Shown here in pieces: positions 19,788 through 29,475 of a stretch of 64,000 nucleotides of DNA. Numbering within the stretch: the first letter of the stretch is position 1; each line of letters opens with the position of its first letter. A program made the translations under genes and the position numbers. The notes beneath the pieces were generated by a model, which searched no databases, was not told the DNA's origin, and worked only from the letters and a program-made list of their open reading frames with translations. The stretch is taken from contig JBJXFF010000201.1 of assembly GCA_046153945.1 (NCBI GenBank), positions 4,360 through 68,359 on the forward strand, in the 5' to 3' direction. Source of the stretch: Pirellulaceae bacterium (lineage in GTDB: Bacteria > Planctomycetota > Planctomycetia > Pirellulales > Pirellulaceae).

Positions 19788-20732
19788 ATGGGAAACCCGA
19801 AACCAGTTCGCAATTGGACCCCATCGTTGTTTCGCAAGTTCGCGGGAGGCGGCCTCTTTGGTGTACTCCTACGGCGGCTGATCGCGGCTGCCGTCGTCAG
19901 CGGACTCATCCTGGCCGGCTGGACTTATGCCTGGCGCACTTGGGGGGAGCCGGGGACGGCAGGCAAGCCCTTTGTTGTCACGGCCGAAAGCATCAGCGTC
20001 ACTCCCCCCCCGACTTGGATACACGCCGATGTGAAAGCCGAGGTGGTGAAGAACGGCAATCTCGCCTCGCTGCGTCTGCGAGACCCACAACTGGTGGACC
20101 GAGTTTCGCGGGCCTTTGCCGCCCATAGCTGGGTGGCCAGCGTGAAGAAAGTCAGCAAGCATTATCCGGCCAGCGTGGAAGTGGAACTAGAATACCGCCG
20201 CCCTGTGGCGATGGTGGAAGTCACCTGGCAAGGCCAGCCGAAGCTTTATTTCATTGACGCCGCCAGCGTCCTGCTGCCGTCGGAGGATTTTGAAAAGGAA
20301 GTCGAGCAGAAGGCTCCGCATTACCTCCGGATCTATGCCGGCGATGTCTCCCCAGCCGGCCGCGCCTTTGGCACGCCTTGGGGAAGCGAGAGAATTGCCG
20401 GCGCGGCTCTACTTGCCCAGGCGTGGAAGGATCGCTGGCAAAAGTTGGGGCTGTACCGACTGCTGCTCGCCAAGGACGACCCCAACGGCAAGCAGATGTA
20501 CTTCTTGGAAACAAAGGCGGGGACCCGCGTCCTGTGGGGACACGCGCCCGGCAGCGAAATCAAAGGGGAGCAGACGCCACGCGAGAAAATCGCCTGGCTG
20601 GAACAGTACGTCATCAAGCACGGCCCGCTCGACAAATCCGCTGCCGACCCCAATGAGGGATTGGACTTGCAAACACCCACGGGCAAAGCACCAAAGCAAA
20701 CGGCCAGGAAGGGGAACGGGACCAAGCGGTAA
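19788..20732 (+). CDS. FtsQ/DivIB-like POTRA protein
   Basis: AAGGAGG RBS. One TM helix, then a POTRA-like segment ending KHYPASVEVELEYRRPVAMVE. Its position after murB matches dcw clusters. Confidence 0.55.
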   Translation: MGNPKPVRNWTPSLFRKFAGGGLFGVLLRRLIAAAVVSGLILAGWTYAWRTWGEPGTAGKPFVVTAESISVTPPPTWIHADVKAEVVKNGNLASLRLRDPQLVDRVSRAFAAHSWVASVKKVSKHYPASVEVELEYRRPVAMVEVTWQGQPKLYFIDAASVLLPSEDFEKEVEQKAPHYLRIYAGDVSPAGRAFGTPWGSERIAGAALLAQAWKDRWQKLGLYRLLLAKDDPNGKQMYFLETKAGTRVLWGHAPGSEIKGEQTPREKIAWLEQYVIKHGPLDKSAADPNEGLDLQTPTGKAPKQTARKGNGTKR

Positions 20733-20801
20733 ATCACTGCCGTTCCGGCCGCAATCCGCGTGCTACACTTGCGAAGCTGCCCACTCTCTTGGAGCCTTCG
20801 C

Positions 20802-21686
20802 ATGATCCTTCGCTTACTCCTCGCGTTTTGCCTGGTCCTCGCGACCGTCACCACCGCCCTCGGGCGGGACATCTTTGTCGACAACCTGGGGGGAGACGAC
20901 CGCAATAACGGCGAAACTCTCACCCCGCAAGGTAAATCGAATGGGCCGTGCAAATCGATCACGAAAGCTTTGCGGCTAGTGAAGTCGGGAGACCGGATCA
21001 TTATCATCGCTCATCCGGGCGAACCCTACCGCGAGAGCATTGCCGTGCAAAGCGGCTTCAGCAGCGGTCGGGCTGGGGCCCCTGCGGAGATTGTCGGCAA
21101 CGGGGCTGTGCTGGACGGGACCATGTCCCTCATTGCTTCGGAGTGGGACTACGAAGGAAGCGATCTTTTCTCCATCCGCCCACGGCTGATGGCCCATCAA
21201 CAGTTATTTCTCGGAGACAAGCCTGCCAAACGAGTGCAGGTGAAGGACGGAATTCGGCCGAAACTCGAGCCGTGGGAATGGTGTCTGTTTGAAGGAAAAA
21301 TCTATCTCCGCTGCGAGCCGGGGCGCATCCCTGCTTCCTACAATCCCGCCTGCTGCGGGCTGCAAACGGGGATCACGCTCTATGAAGTCCACGATTTGGT
21401 TATATCCAATCTGACCGTCCGCGGCTTTCAACTGGATGGCGTGAATGCCCATGACACGGCCCGTCGGATCGACATTGTGAATGTCACCTCGGTGGACAAC
21501 GGCCGCAGCGGCTTCTCCATCGGTGGGGCTTCTCGTGTGCGTCTTGACGATTGCCAAGCTGCCGGCAATGGCAAGTCCCAGGTCCGGACCGAAGGCTATT
21601 CGATCACGCAGATTCTCGGCGGCAAGCTTGATGAGACCACGGCCCCAGCAGTAGTCAGCGACGGGGGAAAGGTCATTCGCGAATAG
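20802..21686 (+). CDS. secreted right-handed beta-helix repeat protein (DUF1565/NosD-like)
   Basis: Start ATG 20802 (MILRLLLAFCLVLATV signal peptide). N-terminal ...GPCKSITKALRLVKSGDRIII... and repeated beta-helix turns. Confidence 0.65.
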   Translation: MILRLLLAFCLVLATVTTALGRDIFVDNLGGDDRNNGETLTPQGKSNGPCKSITKALRLVKSGDRIIIIAHPGEPYRESIAVQSGFSSGRAGAPAEIVGNGAVLDGTMSLIASEWDYEGSDLFSIRPRLMAHQQLFLGDKPAKRVQVKDGIRPKLEPWEWCLFEGKIYLRCEPGRIPASYNPACCGLQTGITLYEVHDLVISNLTVRGFQLDGVNAHDTARRIDIVNVTSVDNGRSGFSIGGASRVRLDDCQAAGNGKSQVRTEGYSITQILGGKLDETTAPAVVSDGGKVIRE

Positions 21687-21698
21687 CGCAAAAAAGAA

Positions 21699-21730
21699 CG
21701 GCCCAGTTACAGGAGACTGCAACTGGGCCG
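21699..21730. terminator. bidirectional terminator hairpin between convergent genes
   Basis: CGGCCCAGTT-12 nt-AACTGGGCCG, a 10-bp stem. An A-run precedes it on the plus strand, which is a U-tract for the minus-strand transcript. Confidence 0.6.
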
Positions 21731-21923
21731 CAAATGAGCCCGGCGACGAGACTTAACGAGCCTTGGGGCACTTACTTCCAAGACCGCCAAAGTTCCGTCG
21801 GGACAATTCGTTCTGGTCACAGTTTGATTACTCGGGTTTTGCCGGTCAAGTCTTTTCCACGGCCACTCTCGTAATTGACATTTTCGCGCACAACTCGTTG
21901 CGCCAAGTTGCGGAGGGCGGTTT

Positions 21924-23330
21924 CTATTCCCGAACCTGTTGCACAAGTTTTTTAACAGTCGCGGCAATTCTGTCCTCGACATCACCCCCCCAGCGGAACG
22001 CTGGCCGGCCGTATTCGTACAAGTTGGATCCCCCTTCATAGCCTCCTTCCTCCCAAACACGTCGGGAAGGAATATACGAGATCATGTCATCCGTATACCC
22101 GCAAACCCAGGTCCCCGGCCCAAACTCCTTCTTGAACCGCAGGGCATAGTCCACCACAGTCTCCGCCCCTTGGCCAATGACTAGCATTTCCTTTCCGAGT
22201 TGCCAGGCGTGGATTGGATATGGATAGGCGGCCGGGAATTTCTCCCCTCCATCGAGCTTTTGCAACATTCGCGCGGCCCAGCGGGCGCGGATGGCATTGG
22301 TATCTTGAAGCAACGGACTGAGATCGTCGCGGGTCACCGCTTTGAGATACGGCAAGTCGATCAGTTCGAACGCGGTGCGAATTCCTGGCGAGACGGGTTT
22401 GAGGGGTTGCTTCAGAGCCTCTTCGACTCCCACCGCCAGCATGTGCCCGTATTTCTGGCATAGTTCGACGCTGCGTCGCGGCAATGGGTTCTGGTCCCCG
22501 CCGCAAGTATTCACGAACATGGCCGTTGTGCCCAGATGGCTTTTTTCCAATTCCAATTGGGCAAAGCCGGGATAGTCGCCGCACCAGGTGAGGAAACTAA
22601 GTGTCGTCGGATGGCAGGCATAGCCAAAGAGAATCGCTTCGAGCTGTCCGCCGGGCCTGGTCACCGTCATAATGGGGACGGAATGATCGACCGGGCCGAC
22701 GAGGGGCGTCCCTTTCGCCAGGAGCATGGGAATTTCCGCCTCCTTATTGTTGCGGCGGTTGACGGCAAAGGTCGCCTTTCCTTCGCCGATTTGCAGGCTG
22801 GCCGGGGCAAGTTTGGAAAGGGCCTCCCCCACCATCGCCACAACCTTCGTCACCATCAGCGCCGTGTATTCCTTGACCAACTCCACCTGCTCGACTTCGA
22901 CCGGATAGTAATCCACCAGGTCGTCCCCGAGCCGCGGACCGCAGTGGTTGTGCGAAAAGGTCAGCATGACGTGCTGCCGCTCGAGTCTGAACTGCTTTTG
23001 AAGCTGTTCGAATACCAGATCGCTCATCCCTTTGGGGACCCCTTGAAAATCACTGGTAATCAGCACCACCTGTTTCCCAACGGTGTCCTCAAGAGCCAGC
23101 GCTTTCATCCAAAGATCATGCAGCTTTCCATCGGGAACTCGTTTTGAGCCGTAGCCAGCGAGCCAAACCGCCTTTTCCGGCGTAATGACAGCCTTCGCAA
23201 CTCCGGCTTTCCAAACGTGTTTCTCTTCGGCGAAACCACAATTGGCAAGCAGGGACGGTACTCCCGCCGCAGCCGTCATGATTCCGGCCGACTGTTTCAA
23301 GAATTCTCTTCTCGCTGGTTGCAGGATCAT
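21924..23330 (-). CDS. Tat-exported neutral/alkaline ceramidase-like hydrolase
   Basis: Preferred start ATG 23330 (MILQPARREFLKQSAGIMTAAAG, a Tat signal). AGVAKAVITPEKAVWLAGYG is a typical ceramidase N-terminal domain opening. Confidence 0.6.
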   Translation of the reverse strand: MILQPARREFLKQSAGIMTAAAGVPSLLANCGFAEEKHVWKAGVAKAVITPEKAVWLAGYGSKRVPDGKLHDLWMKALALEDTVGKQVVLITSDFQGVPKGMSDLVFEQLQKQFRLERQHVMLTFSHNHCGPRLGDDLVDYYPVEVEQVELVKEYTALMVTKVVAMVGEALSKLAPASLQIGEGKATFAVNRRNNKEAEIPMLLAKGTPLVGPVDHSVPIMTVTRPGGQLEAILFGYACHPTTLSFLTWCGDYPGFAQLELEKSHLGTTAMFVNTCGGDQNPLPRRSVELCQKYGHMLAVGVEEALKQPLKPVSPGIRTAFELIDLPYLKAVTRDDLSPLLQDTNAIRARWAARMLQKLDGGEKFPAAYPYPIHAWQLGKEMLVIGQGAETVVDYALRFKKEFGPGTWVCGYTDDMISYIPSRRVWEEGGYEGGSNLYEYGRPAFRWGGDVEDRIAATVKKLVQQVRE

Positions 23331-23472
23331 GGACGGTCTCCCTCTGGTGCTCGGCGACAATGCACGCGGCTCTTCGCTGCGTTGCATCAACAAACTTTAA
23401 TGAATAGACTGCCGAAGTGATAGCGAGCCACTGCTCTTTGCCGTGCGTTTTTGGGGCGCACCAAGTTATCTC

Positions 23473-26430
23473 ATGAAAAATCGCCGTTCTCCGCTGGTTT
23501 TTTCGGTCCCTGCGATGCAGGCCTGCCTTCTCATTTTGGCCGCGCAGCAAGCCGTCGCTGCCGAGCCAAGCAAGGCTAAGTTGCCCCAACGTGCGCCGTG
23601 GGCCATTTCGCGCATCACCGGCTCGCCCGAAAAACCGCTGCCCTATGTCACGGAGCGGGCGTTTCCGGAACTCAAGTTCAAGGATTGCCTCGATATCACC
23701 AGCGCCCCAGGGAGCGACCGGCTCTTCATCGTTGAGCAATCGGGCAAGATCTTCTCGTTCAAGAACCAGCCCGACGTCAAATCAGCCGATCTGGTCATCG
23801 ATATCGCCAAGCACATTCCCAAGGCGGGACAAACCTATGCCCTGGCCTTTCATCCCAAATTCCAGCAGAACCGCTACTGTTACGTCTGCTATATCCTCAA
23901 TGGGGAACTGCCGGATGGCTCGCACATCGCCCGGTTCAAGGTTTCGGAGACCGACCCGCCGACGATTGACCCGGCCAGCGAGACGACGATCATCACCTGG
24001 CTCGCCGGCGGCCATAACGGCTGCTCGCTGAAGTTCGGGCTGGATGGGTGCCTCTATATCTCCACGGGGGACGGCTCGGGGCCGAACCCGCCGGACTCGC
24101 GGAAGGCTGGCCAGGACTTGAGCAACCTGCTTTCGTCCATCCTGCGGATTGATGTCGATCACGCCGAGGGCGGCAAGAACTATCGCATTCCCGCCGACAA
24201 TCCGTTTGTCGATTTGAAAGGGGCCCGCGGCGAAATCTGGGCCTATGGATTTCGCAATCCCTGGCGGATCAGCATCGACCGCAAGACGGGGGATCTCTGG
24301 GCCGGCGATGTCGGCTGGGAACTCTGGGAACTACTCGACCGGGTTGAGCGCGGCGGTAACTACGGCTGGAGCGTCATGGAAGGGCGGCAGCCAACGAATC
24401 CGGAATGGCCGCGCGGCCCGACGCCCATTTTGCCACCCACCATCGATCATCCCCACTCGGAATCCTCCTCCATCACCGATGGCCTGACCTATTACGGGCC
24501 GCGGCTCAAAGAGTTGCAGGCTCATCATATCTACGGCGATTACGACACTGGCAAGATTTGGGGCTTCCGGTACGAGAACGGCAAAGTCGTCAAACATCGG
24601 GAACTCGCCGACACCACGCACCGGATCGTCGGCTTTGGCGAAGACAACGAAGGCGAGTGTTACCTGCTCGATCACACGGCCGGCACCATTCACCGCCTGA
24701 TTCCCAACCCGCAGCATGACAATTCCGCAACTTTCCCGCGAAAACTGAGCGAGAGCGGCTTATTCTCTGCTGTCAAGGAACAGAAGCCGGCAGCGGGTGT
24801 CATCCCTTATTCCATTAACGCAGAGCCCTGGGCCGACCATGCCGTCGCTCAGCGGCTTGTCGCCGTCCCCGGTGAATTGTCCATCAAGGCCGAGGGGGCG
24901 GCTTGGACGTTTCCCAAAGACTCGGTCCTCGTCAAAACTCTCTCGCTCGACACAGAGGCCGGCAATCCCGCCAGCCGTCGCCGGATCGAAACGCAAATCC
25001 TGCACTTCGACGGCATTGAATGGATGCCTTACACCTATCAGTGGAACGAAGAGCAAACCGACGCAGTCTTGCTCAGTGCCGCGGGTGCCGACGCGACTTT
25101 CGACATTGCCGACCCCAAAGCGCCGGGTGGAAAACGGAAGCAGACTTGGCGTTTCTCCGGCAGGGCCGAGTGCCAGCGCTGCCACAACAAATGGTCCGGA
25201 CCGGCAATTGGCTTCAATGCGCCGCAGCTCAATAAATCGCACGACTATGGCAGTTCGGCGGTCTCCCAGCTTGACGCCTTGGCCCAAATGAAGCTGCTGG
25301 AAAAACCGGTCGTGCTTGACCCGAAGCAGCCGAAACTTGCCAATCTCCATGATTCTTCGTCCAGCGAAAGCGACCGGGCTCGAGCTTATCTGCACACCAA
25401 CTGCGCCCATTGCCACCGTCTGCATGCCGGCAGCGCGGTCCTCTCGAAAATGCCGTTTGATGTGCCGCTGGATAAGACGGATATGGTCGGCGTCCGCCCC
25501 ACACAAGGAACCTTCGGTATCCATGCCGCCCAGGTCATCTCCCCCGGCGATCCCTTTCGCTCGGTCCTCCTCTATCGCATGACGAAACTCGGCGGCGGAC
25601 GCATGCCCCACATCGGCTCGACGGAGGTCGACCGCGAAGGTATCGAACTGATTCACAATTGGATTCGCCAACTTCCCCCGGACTCCGCGACGGACAAAAC
25701 AGGCAATGCAGCCGCTACCAGGCTCCGCGCCGCGGAAACTGCCGACGTCGAACTGCTACGGAAAGCCGATGCCGGAAAGCAGGGCGAAATCGTGGACCGC
25801 CTCCTCGCCTCCACCAGCGGTGCCTTGATGCTCCAGCGGGCCGTGGACCATCGCGACGTCCCACCCGATGTGGCGGGCATCGTGACCGAAAAAGCAGCTC
25901 TGCACACCGAGGTCAGCATCCGCGATCTCTTCGAACGTTACTTGCCACCGGAACGACGAATCAAACGCCTGGGGAGCGTTGTCCGGGCTGAGCAAATCCT
26001 ATCTCTCCCTGGCGACGCAGACCGCGGCAAGCGGATTTTCTTTGAAACATCGGGGGTCTCCTGCAAGAACTGTCACCGCATCCAGAAAGTAGGGAAAGAA
26101 CTCGGCCCGGAACTGACCACCATCGGCAAGAAGTACAGCCGATCTCAATTACTGGAGAGCATCCTCGAACCTTCAAAGCTCATCGATCCCAAATATGTCA
26201 CCTACTTGGCCGAGATGGACGACGGCCGCCTGGTGACCGGTCTGCTCCTCAAAAAGGACGACAGTGAAGTCGTGCTTAAGGACGCCCAGGACAAGGAATT
26301 CCGCCTCCCCGCCAAAGAAATCGAACGCCTCGTCCCCGCCCAGCAGTCGCTGATGCCCGATTTGCTCCTGCGGGACATGACCGCCGAGCAGGTGGCCGAT
26401 TTGCTGGCGTATTTGAGTTCGCTGAGATGA
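23473..26430 (+). CDS. PQQ-dependent sugar dehydrogenase fused to c-type haem-binding domains
   Basis: Signal peptide from ATG 23473. GSDH-type beta-propeller motifs (GGHNGCSLKFGLDGCLYISTGDG, YGFRNPWR). Three CxxCH motifs (CQRCH, CAHCH, CKNCH). Confidence 0.85.
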   Translation: MKNRRSPLVFSVPAMQACLLILAAQQAVAAEPSKAKLPQRAPWAISRITGSPEKPLPYVTERAFPELKFKDCLDITSAPGSDRLFIVEQSGKIFSFKNQPDVKSADLVIDIAKHIPKAGQTYALAFHPKFQQNRYCYVCYILNGELPDGSHIARFKVSETDPPTIDPASETTIITWLAGGHNGCSLKFGLDGCLYISTGDGSGPNPPDSRKAGQDLSNLLSSILRIDVDHAEGGKNYRIPADNPFVDLKGARGEIWAYGFRNPWRISIDRKTGDLWAGDVGWELWELLDRVERGGNYGWSVMEGRQPTNPEWPRGPTPILPPTIDHPHSESSSITDGLTYYGPRLKELQAHHIYGDYDTGKIWGFRYENGKVVKHRELADTTHRIVGFGEDNEGECYLLDHTAGTIHRLIPNPQHDNSATFPRKLSESGLFSAVKEQKPAAGVIPYSINAEPWADHAVAQRLVAVPGELSIKAEGAAWTFPKDSVLVKTLSLDTEAGNPASRRRIETQILHFDGIEWMPYTYQWNEEQTDAVLLSAAGADATFDIADPKAPGGKRKQTWRFSGRAECQRCHNKWSGPAIGFNAPQLNKSHDYGSSAVSQLDALAQMKLLEKPVVLDPKQPKLANLHDSSSSESDRARAYLHTNCAHCHRLHAGSAVLSKMPFDVPLDKTDMVGVRPTQGTFGIHAAQVISPGDPFRSVLLYRMTKLGGGRMPHIGSTEVDREGIELIHNWIRQLPPDSATDKTGNAAATRLRAAETADVELLRKADAGKQGEIVDRLLASTSGALMLQRAVDHRDVPPDVAGIVTEKAALHTEVSIRDLFERYLPPERRIKRLGSVVRAEQILSLPGDADRGKRIFFETSGVSCKNCHRIQKVGKELGPELTTIGKKYSRSQLLESILEPSKLIDPKYVTYLAEMDDGRLVTGLLLKKDDSEVVLKDAQDKEFRLPAKEIERLVPAQQSLMPDLLLRDMTAEQVADLLAYLSSLR

Positions 26431-26453
26431 GGCCGGGTTTCCGCCAGCGGGAT

Positions 26454-27506
26454 TCAGATCGAAACGGTGTATCGATTCGACTCGCGGCTGGCCTCGGCGT
26501 TGGCAGTTTTTGAAGAAGCGACCGAGACGTGCCGGTCGATGGACTTACTACTTCCGCGGAGATACTTGACCACTTGCTCCACGACCTCAGGCTGAATGAA
26601 CGCCAGGTTGCCCATGATCATCGCCAGGCCAAAAGTTGGCATGCCGAGGAAGATGGCAATGCCGCCGTGGACTGCGACGGCCATGGCCAGGAAGATCGGG
26701 CGGGTGAGGCGGGGCCAAATGAGGACCGGGTAGAAGGTTTCCCAAAACACAGTGACGTGCGTGAGCAGGGCGATGAGCCAGGGCTGATGCACGAGCCAGG
26801 TGAGACTAAGCGATTGATATTCCAAATTCGCCGAAGCAAACCAGACGGCGCTGCCGTCCCACCAGAGTTCGCCGCGCATTTTGCCGATGCCGCCGAACAG
26901 ATAGATGACGCACATCTGAATCTGAATCAGGCGGATGGCGATGGTGGTCATGACGTGACTATTGGCCGGCAAAGGCGCGCCGCGACGTTTCGCTAAATAC
27001 CGGTCGAGCGAGAAAATGGCGCCGCAGGGGGCGATGGCCAGATAAGAGGCGATCATGACATTGACTTGATCGAGGCCGAACAGGGCTCCCGTCAAGCGAT
27101 GGCAGTACGACAGCGTGATGACGCAGGCCAGCGGGGCGACGATGCGGGTGAACAGGCCGACCGTGAGGAAAGCAAAGACGACGAGAGCGCCCAGATGGAG
27201 CATCCAGAGCAAAGCCGGCGATTCCACGTAGCTGAGGTAGCTGAACGTGAAGTTGCGGCCGTCGATGCCCTGGCCGAGTTTGTCGGCAGCGGCTGGAATG
27301 ACCCAGCTTTTGGCTCCCAGGAAGTCGTTCAGGCCGACTGTCCAAACCGCATGGGTATAGAACAGCATGCCGCCGCCGAGAATGCGGAGCAGGGCCAGCG
27401 TGTGAGGCTTGCTGGGAGTAAACCAGAACCGGTCCCAGGCCTGGGCGGCGGGGCGGAGCCAGGAGTTGTAAGTCAGGGTTCCAACGGCAGACAGGAGATT
27501 GCTCAT
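26454..27506 (-). CDS. HTTM-domain polytopic membrane protein (vitamin-K gamma-carboxylase/SdpB-like fold)
   Basis: N-terminal WDRFWFTPSKPHTLALLRILGGGMLFY is the typical HTTM opening. About 8 TM helices follow. Confidence 0.7.
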   Translation of the reverse strand: MSNLLSAVGTLTYNSWLRPAAQAWDRFWFTPSKPHTLALLRILGGGMLFYTHAVWTVGLNDFLGAKSWVIPAAADKLGQGIDGRNFTFSYLSYVESPALLWMLHLGALVVFAFLTVGLFTRIVAPLACVITLSYCHRLTGALFGLDQVNVMIASYLAIAPCGAIFSLDRYLAKRRGAPLPANSHVMTTIAIRLIQIQMCVIYLFGGIGKMRGELWWDGSAVWFASANLEYQSLSLTWLVHQPWLIALLTHVTVFWETFYPVLIWPRLTRPIFLAMAVAVHGGIAIFLGMPTFGLAMIMGNLAFIQPEVVEQVVKYLRGSSKSIDRHVSVASSKTANAEASRESNRYTVSI

Positions 27507-28282
27507 GGCCGAATGACCTCCGACACATTGCTTTCGGGCAGATCGATGTACGTTTCCGGCAAATCGAGTCGCTGTCCTTTGCGGAAGAACTCATCGGGGC
27601 TAAGCAGCAAATGCTCGCGGCGGGTAATCGTCACTTGGCTGCCGCCATGCTTGGCCAGCAGATGGTTCTCAAAGGATTTGCGGAGGAGTTCGTATTGCTG
27701 GCGGCGGTGCTGCCAGGCGGCGGTTTGCAGGTCCAGGATTTTTTTCTGGTCGGCTTCCAGAGAGCGACGCTCGGACTGGGAAAGGTTGGTTGGCAATGGG
27801 GGAGCCCCCGGCGCTTCAGGTGGAACAAACGCGTTTTGCAGGGCTTCCGCAAGCATGAAATGCCGGTGATAGAGGAGCCGAGGCTGTTCTTCCCGCAGGT
27901 TCGGAAAGACTCCCTCGACGGGCTTGCGGCCGTCGGAAAAATCCACCTTGTAATGCACGAGGTGGCTGGGGCCCGGGTTGGGAGCAAAGAAAAAGTATCC
28001 GTGGTCCAAAAACATGATCGACACATACGGCCGGAACCAGCTCATCACGCCGTCCGCGAAGGGGCTTGATGACCCGTTCCCCGCACTGCTGGCGAAAGTG
28101 AAAGGAGGCCAGAAGATGGCCATCACCTGGAATGAGATGAGGGCACTGGCAGTCAAGCGCAGGGGGAGCGACCAGCGCTTTCCAGCGCCAGGCATCTCCC
28201 TGGAATTCTCAGAAGAGCAATCCTCGGCTTCATCCTCCGTGACAAGAGCCGCCTGGCGAGAGGGGGGGTGGCTTTTTGTCAT
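27503..28282 (-). CDS. single-pass membrane partner protein of the HTTM gene
   Basis: Its stop overlaps the HTTM ATG (ATGA at 27503-27506). One TM helix (LTASALISFQVMAIFWPPFTF), then a domain with the LDHGYFFFAPNPGPSH motif. The track start at 28336 is TTG; I prefer ATG 28282. Confidence 0.55.
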   Translation of the reverse strand: MTKSHPPSRQAALVTEDEAEDCSSENSREMPGAGKRWSLPLRLTASALISFQVMAIFWPPFTFASSAGNGSSSPFADGVMSWFRPYVSIMFLDHGYFFFAPNPGPSHLVHYKVDFSDGRKPVEGVFPNLREEQPRLLYHRHFMLAEALQNAFVPPEAPGAPPLPTNLSQSERRSLEADQKKILDLQTAAWQHRRQQYELLRKSFENHLLAKHGGSQVTITRREHLLLSPDEFFRKGQRLDLPETYIDLPESNVSEVIRP

Positions 28283-28350
28283 GCAATTGGCATCGGCTCC
28301 TCGCGGGTACCGGGGCAAGGTATTCCGCCCAGGCAAGGTTTACCGGCAAG

Positions 28351-28392
28351 AAACGCAAAACCCCGCGATGCTGCATAAGCGGCACCGCGGGG
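28351..28392 (-). terminator. intrinsic terminator after the TIGR03000 gene
   Basis: Minus strand reads CCCCGCG-18 nt-CGCGGGG followed by TTTTGCGTTT. Confidence 0.6.
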
Positions 28393-28437
28393 CTGGATTG
28401 TTTAGATTCCCTCTCTTTTGAAGCGGGAGTGGACTAT

Positions 28438-29475
28438 TTACCGAGCGTCGGCAACCTTCTCCGAATCGAAGTCGAAGCTCAGTTCCTTGCTCTCACCGGC
28501 TCCGAGAGAAATCTTCTCTTCGCGAGTGACGGTCTTGCCATCTTTTTCGATTTCCACCTTGATGGTGTAGTCGCTCCAGCTCTTTCCGTTGGTCAGGCTG
28601 GTGGTGCGGAAGACGCGGGTTTCGCCGGTGGCCTTGGTCGGGTTGCCGGCCAGGTAGACCTTGGCATTGGCGGGAACGCGGACCGTCAGCGAGGTTTCGA
28701 CCTTGGCAGCGGGGGCCAGGTTAAAGGCAACCTTGGCGACTTCGCCAGCCTTGAGGTCGATCGTCTTGACTTCTTCCACGGTCTTGCCGTCCACAACCAT
28801 TTCGGCCCGGACTTCATAGGTGTAGTTGTAGCCGGGCTGAAGATTCCGCGAGATGTACTGGCGGACTTCGCCGGTGCTCGAGGTTTCCTGGCCGTTCACA
28901 AAGATCTTGGCGTCCGCGGGGACTTCCACGGCGAGCATGCCGTCGATGTTGCGGAGCGAGGTTTCTTTGGCGGGGGCCTCGCCAGGAGCTGGCGGGGCGG
29001 GAGCCGGAGTGGAAGGATCAGCCGGTGCGTTAACGGCCGGCTTGGCGCTTTCTACCGGAGCGTAATACATGGTTCCGCCCGAAGAGCCTCCGCTCGATCC
29101 GCCGTGATAGTGACCGCTGGATCCGCCGCTGCTACCCCAGCTACCGGAAGAACCGCCGCTGGAACCATTGTTGCGGCGATGGTGGTGGAACAAGCCACCG
29201 CCACTCGAGCCGCCGCTGCTCCCCCAGCTACCCGAAGAGCCGCCGCTGGAACCATAGCTGCGGGAATATCCGCTGGATCCGCCGCTGCTTCCCCAGCTTC
29301 CCGAGGATCCGCCACTGCTCCCCCAGCTACCGGAAGAACCACCCGATGACCCGCCCGAGGATCCCCCGGAAGAACCATGGTGCCACCAGCCCGCGTTGGC
29401 GCTGGCGGTCATGCCCACAACCACGAGTCCGGCGACCGCGTGAAGGAACAACCTAGAAACCTTGAATCGAGCCAT
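28438..29475 (-). CDS. secreted Gly/Ser-rich protein with two TIGR03000-type (planctomycete) domains
   Basis: Start ATG 29475 (MARFKVSRLFLHAVAGLVVVGMTASANA). Two C-terminal ~70-aa repeats: LAVEVPADAKIFVNGQETSSTGEVR... and LTVRVPANAKVYLAGNPTKATGETR... Confidence 0.75.
   Translation of the reverse strand: MARFKVSRLFLHAVAGLVVVGMTASANAGWWHHGSSGGSSGGSSGGSSGSWGSSGGSSGSWGSSGGSSGYSRSYGSSGGSSGSWGSSGGSSGGGLFHHHRRNNGSSGGSSGSWGSSGGSSGHYHGGSSGGSSGGTMYYAPVESAKPAVNAPADPSTPAPAPPAPGEAPAKETSLRNIDGMLAVEVPADAKIFVNGQETSSTGEVRQYISRNLQPGYNYTYEVRAEMVVDGKTVEEVKTIDLKAGEVAKVAFNLAPAAKVETSLTVRVPANAKVYLAGNPTKATGETRVFRTTSLTNGKSWSDYTIKVEIEKDGKTVTREEKISLGAGESKELSFDFDSEKVADAR
29062..29391 (-). repeat. coding low-complexity repeat (GSSGGSSGSW)n with His/aromatic punctuation
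   Basis: About 110 aa: GWWHHGSSGGSSGG...SWGSSGG...LFHHHRRNN...HYHGGSSGG. Confidence 0.9.

Noticed and set aside
29062-29391. Periodic nucleotide repeats that could be mistaken for a CRISPR or tandem-repeat array
   Set aside because: They lie inside a continuous ORF and encode the (GSSGGSSGSW)n tract. There is no spacer/repeat architecture.
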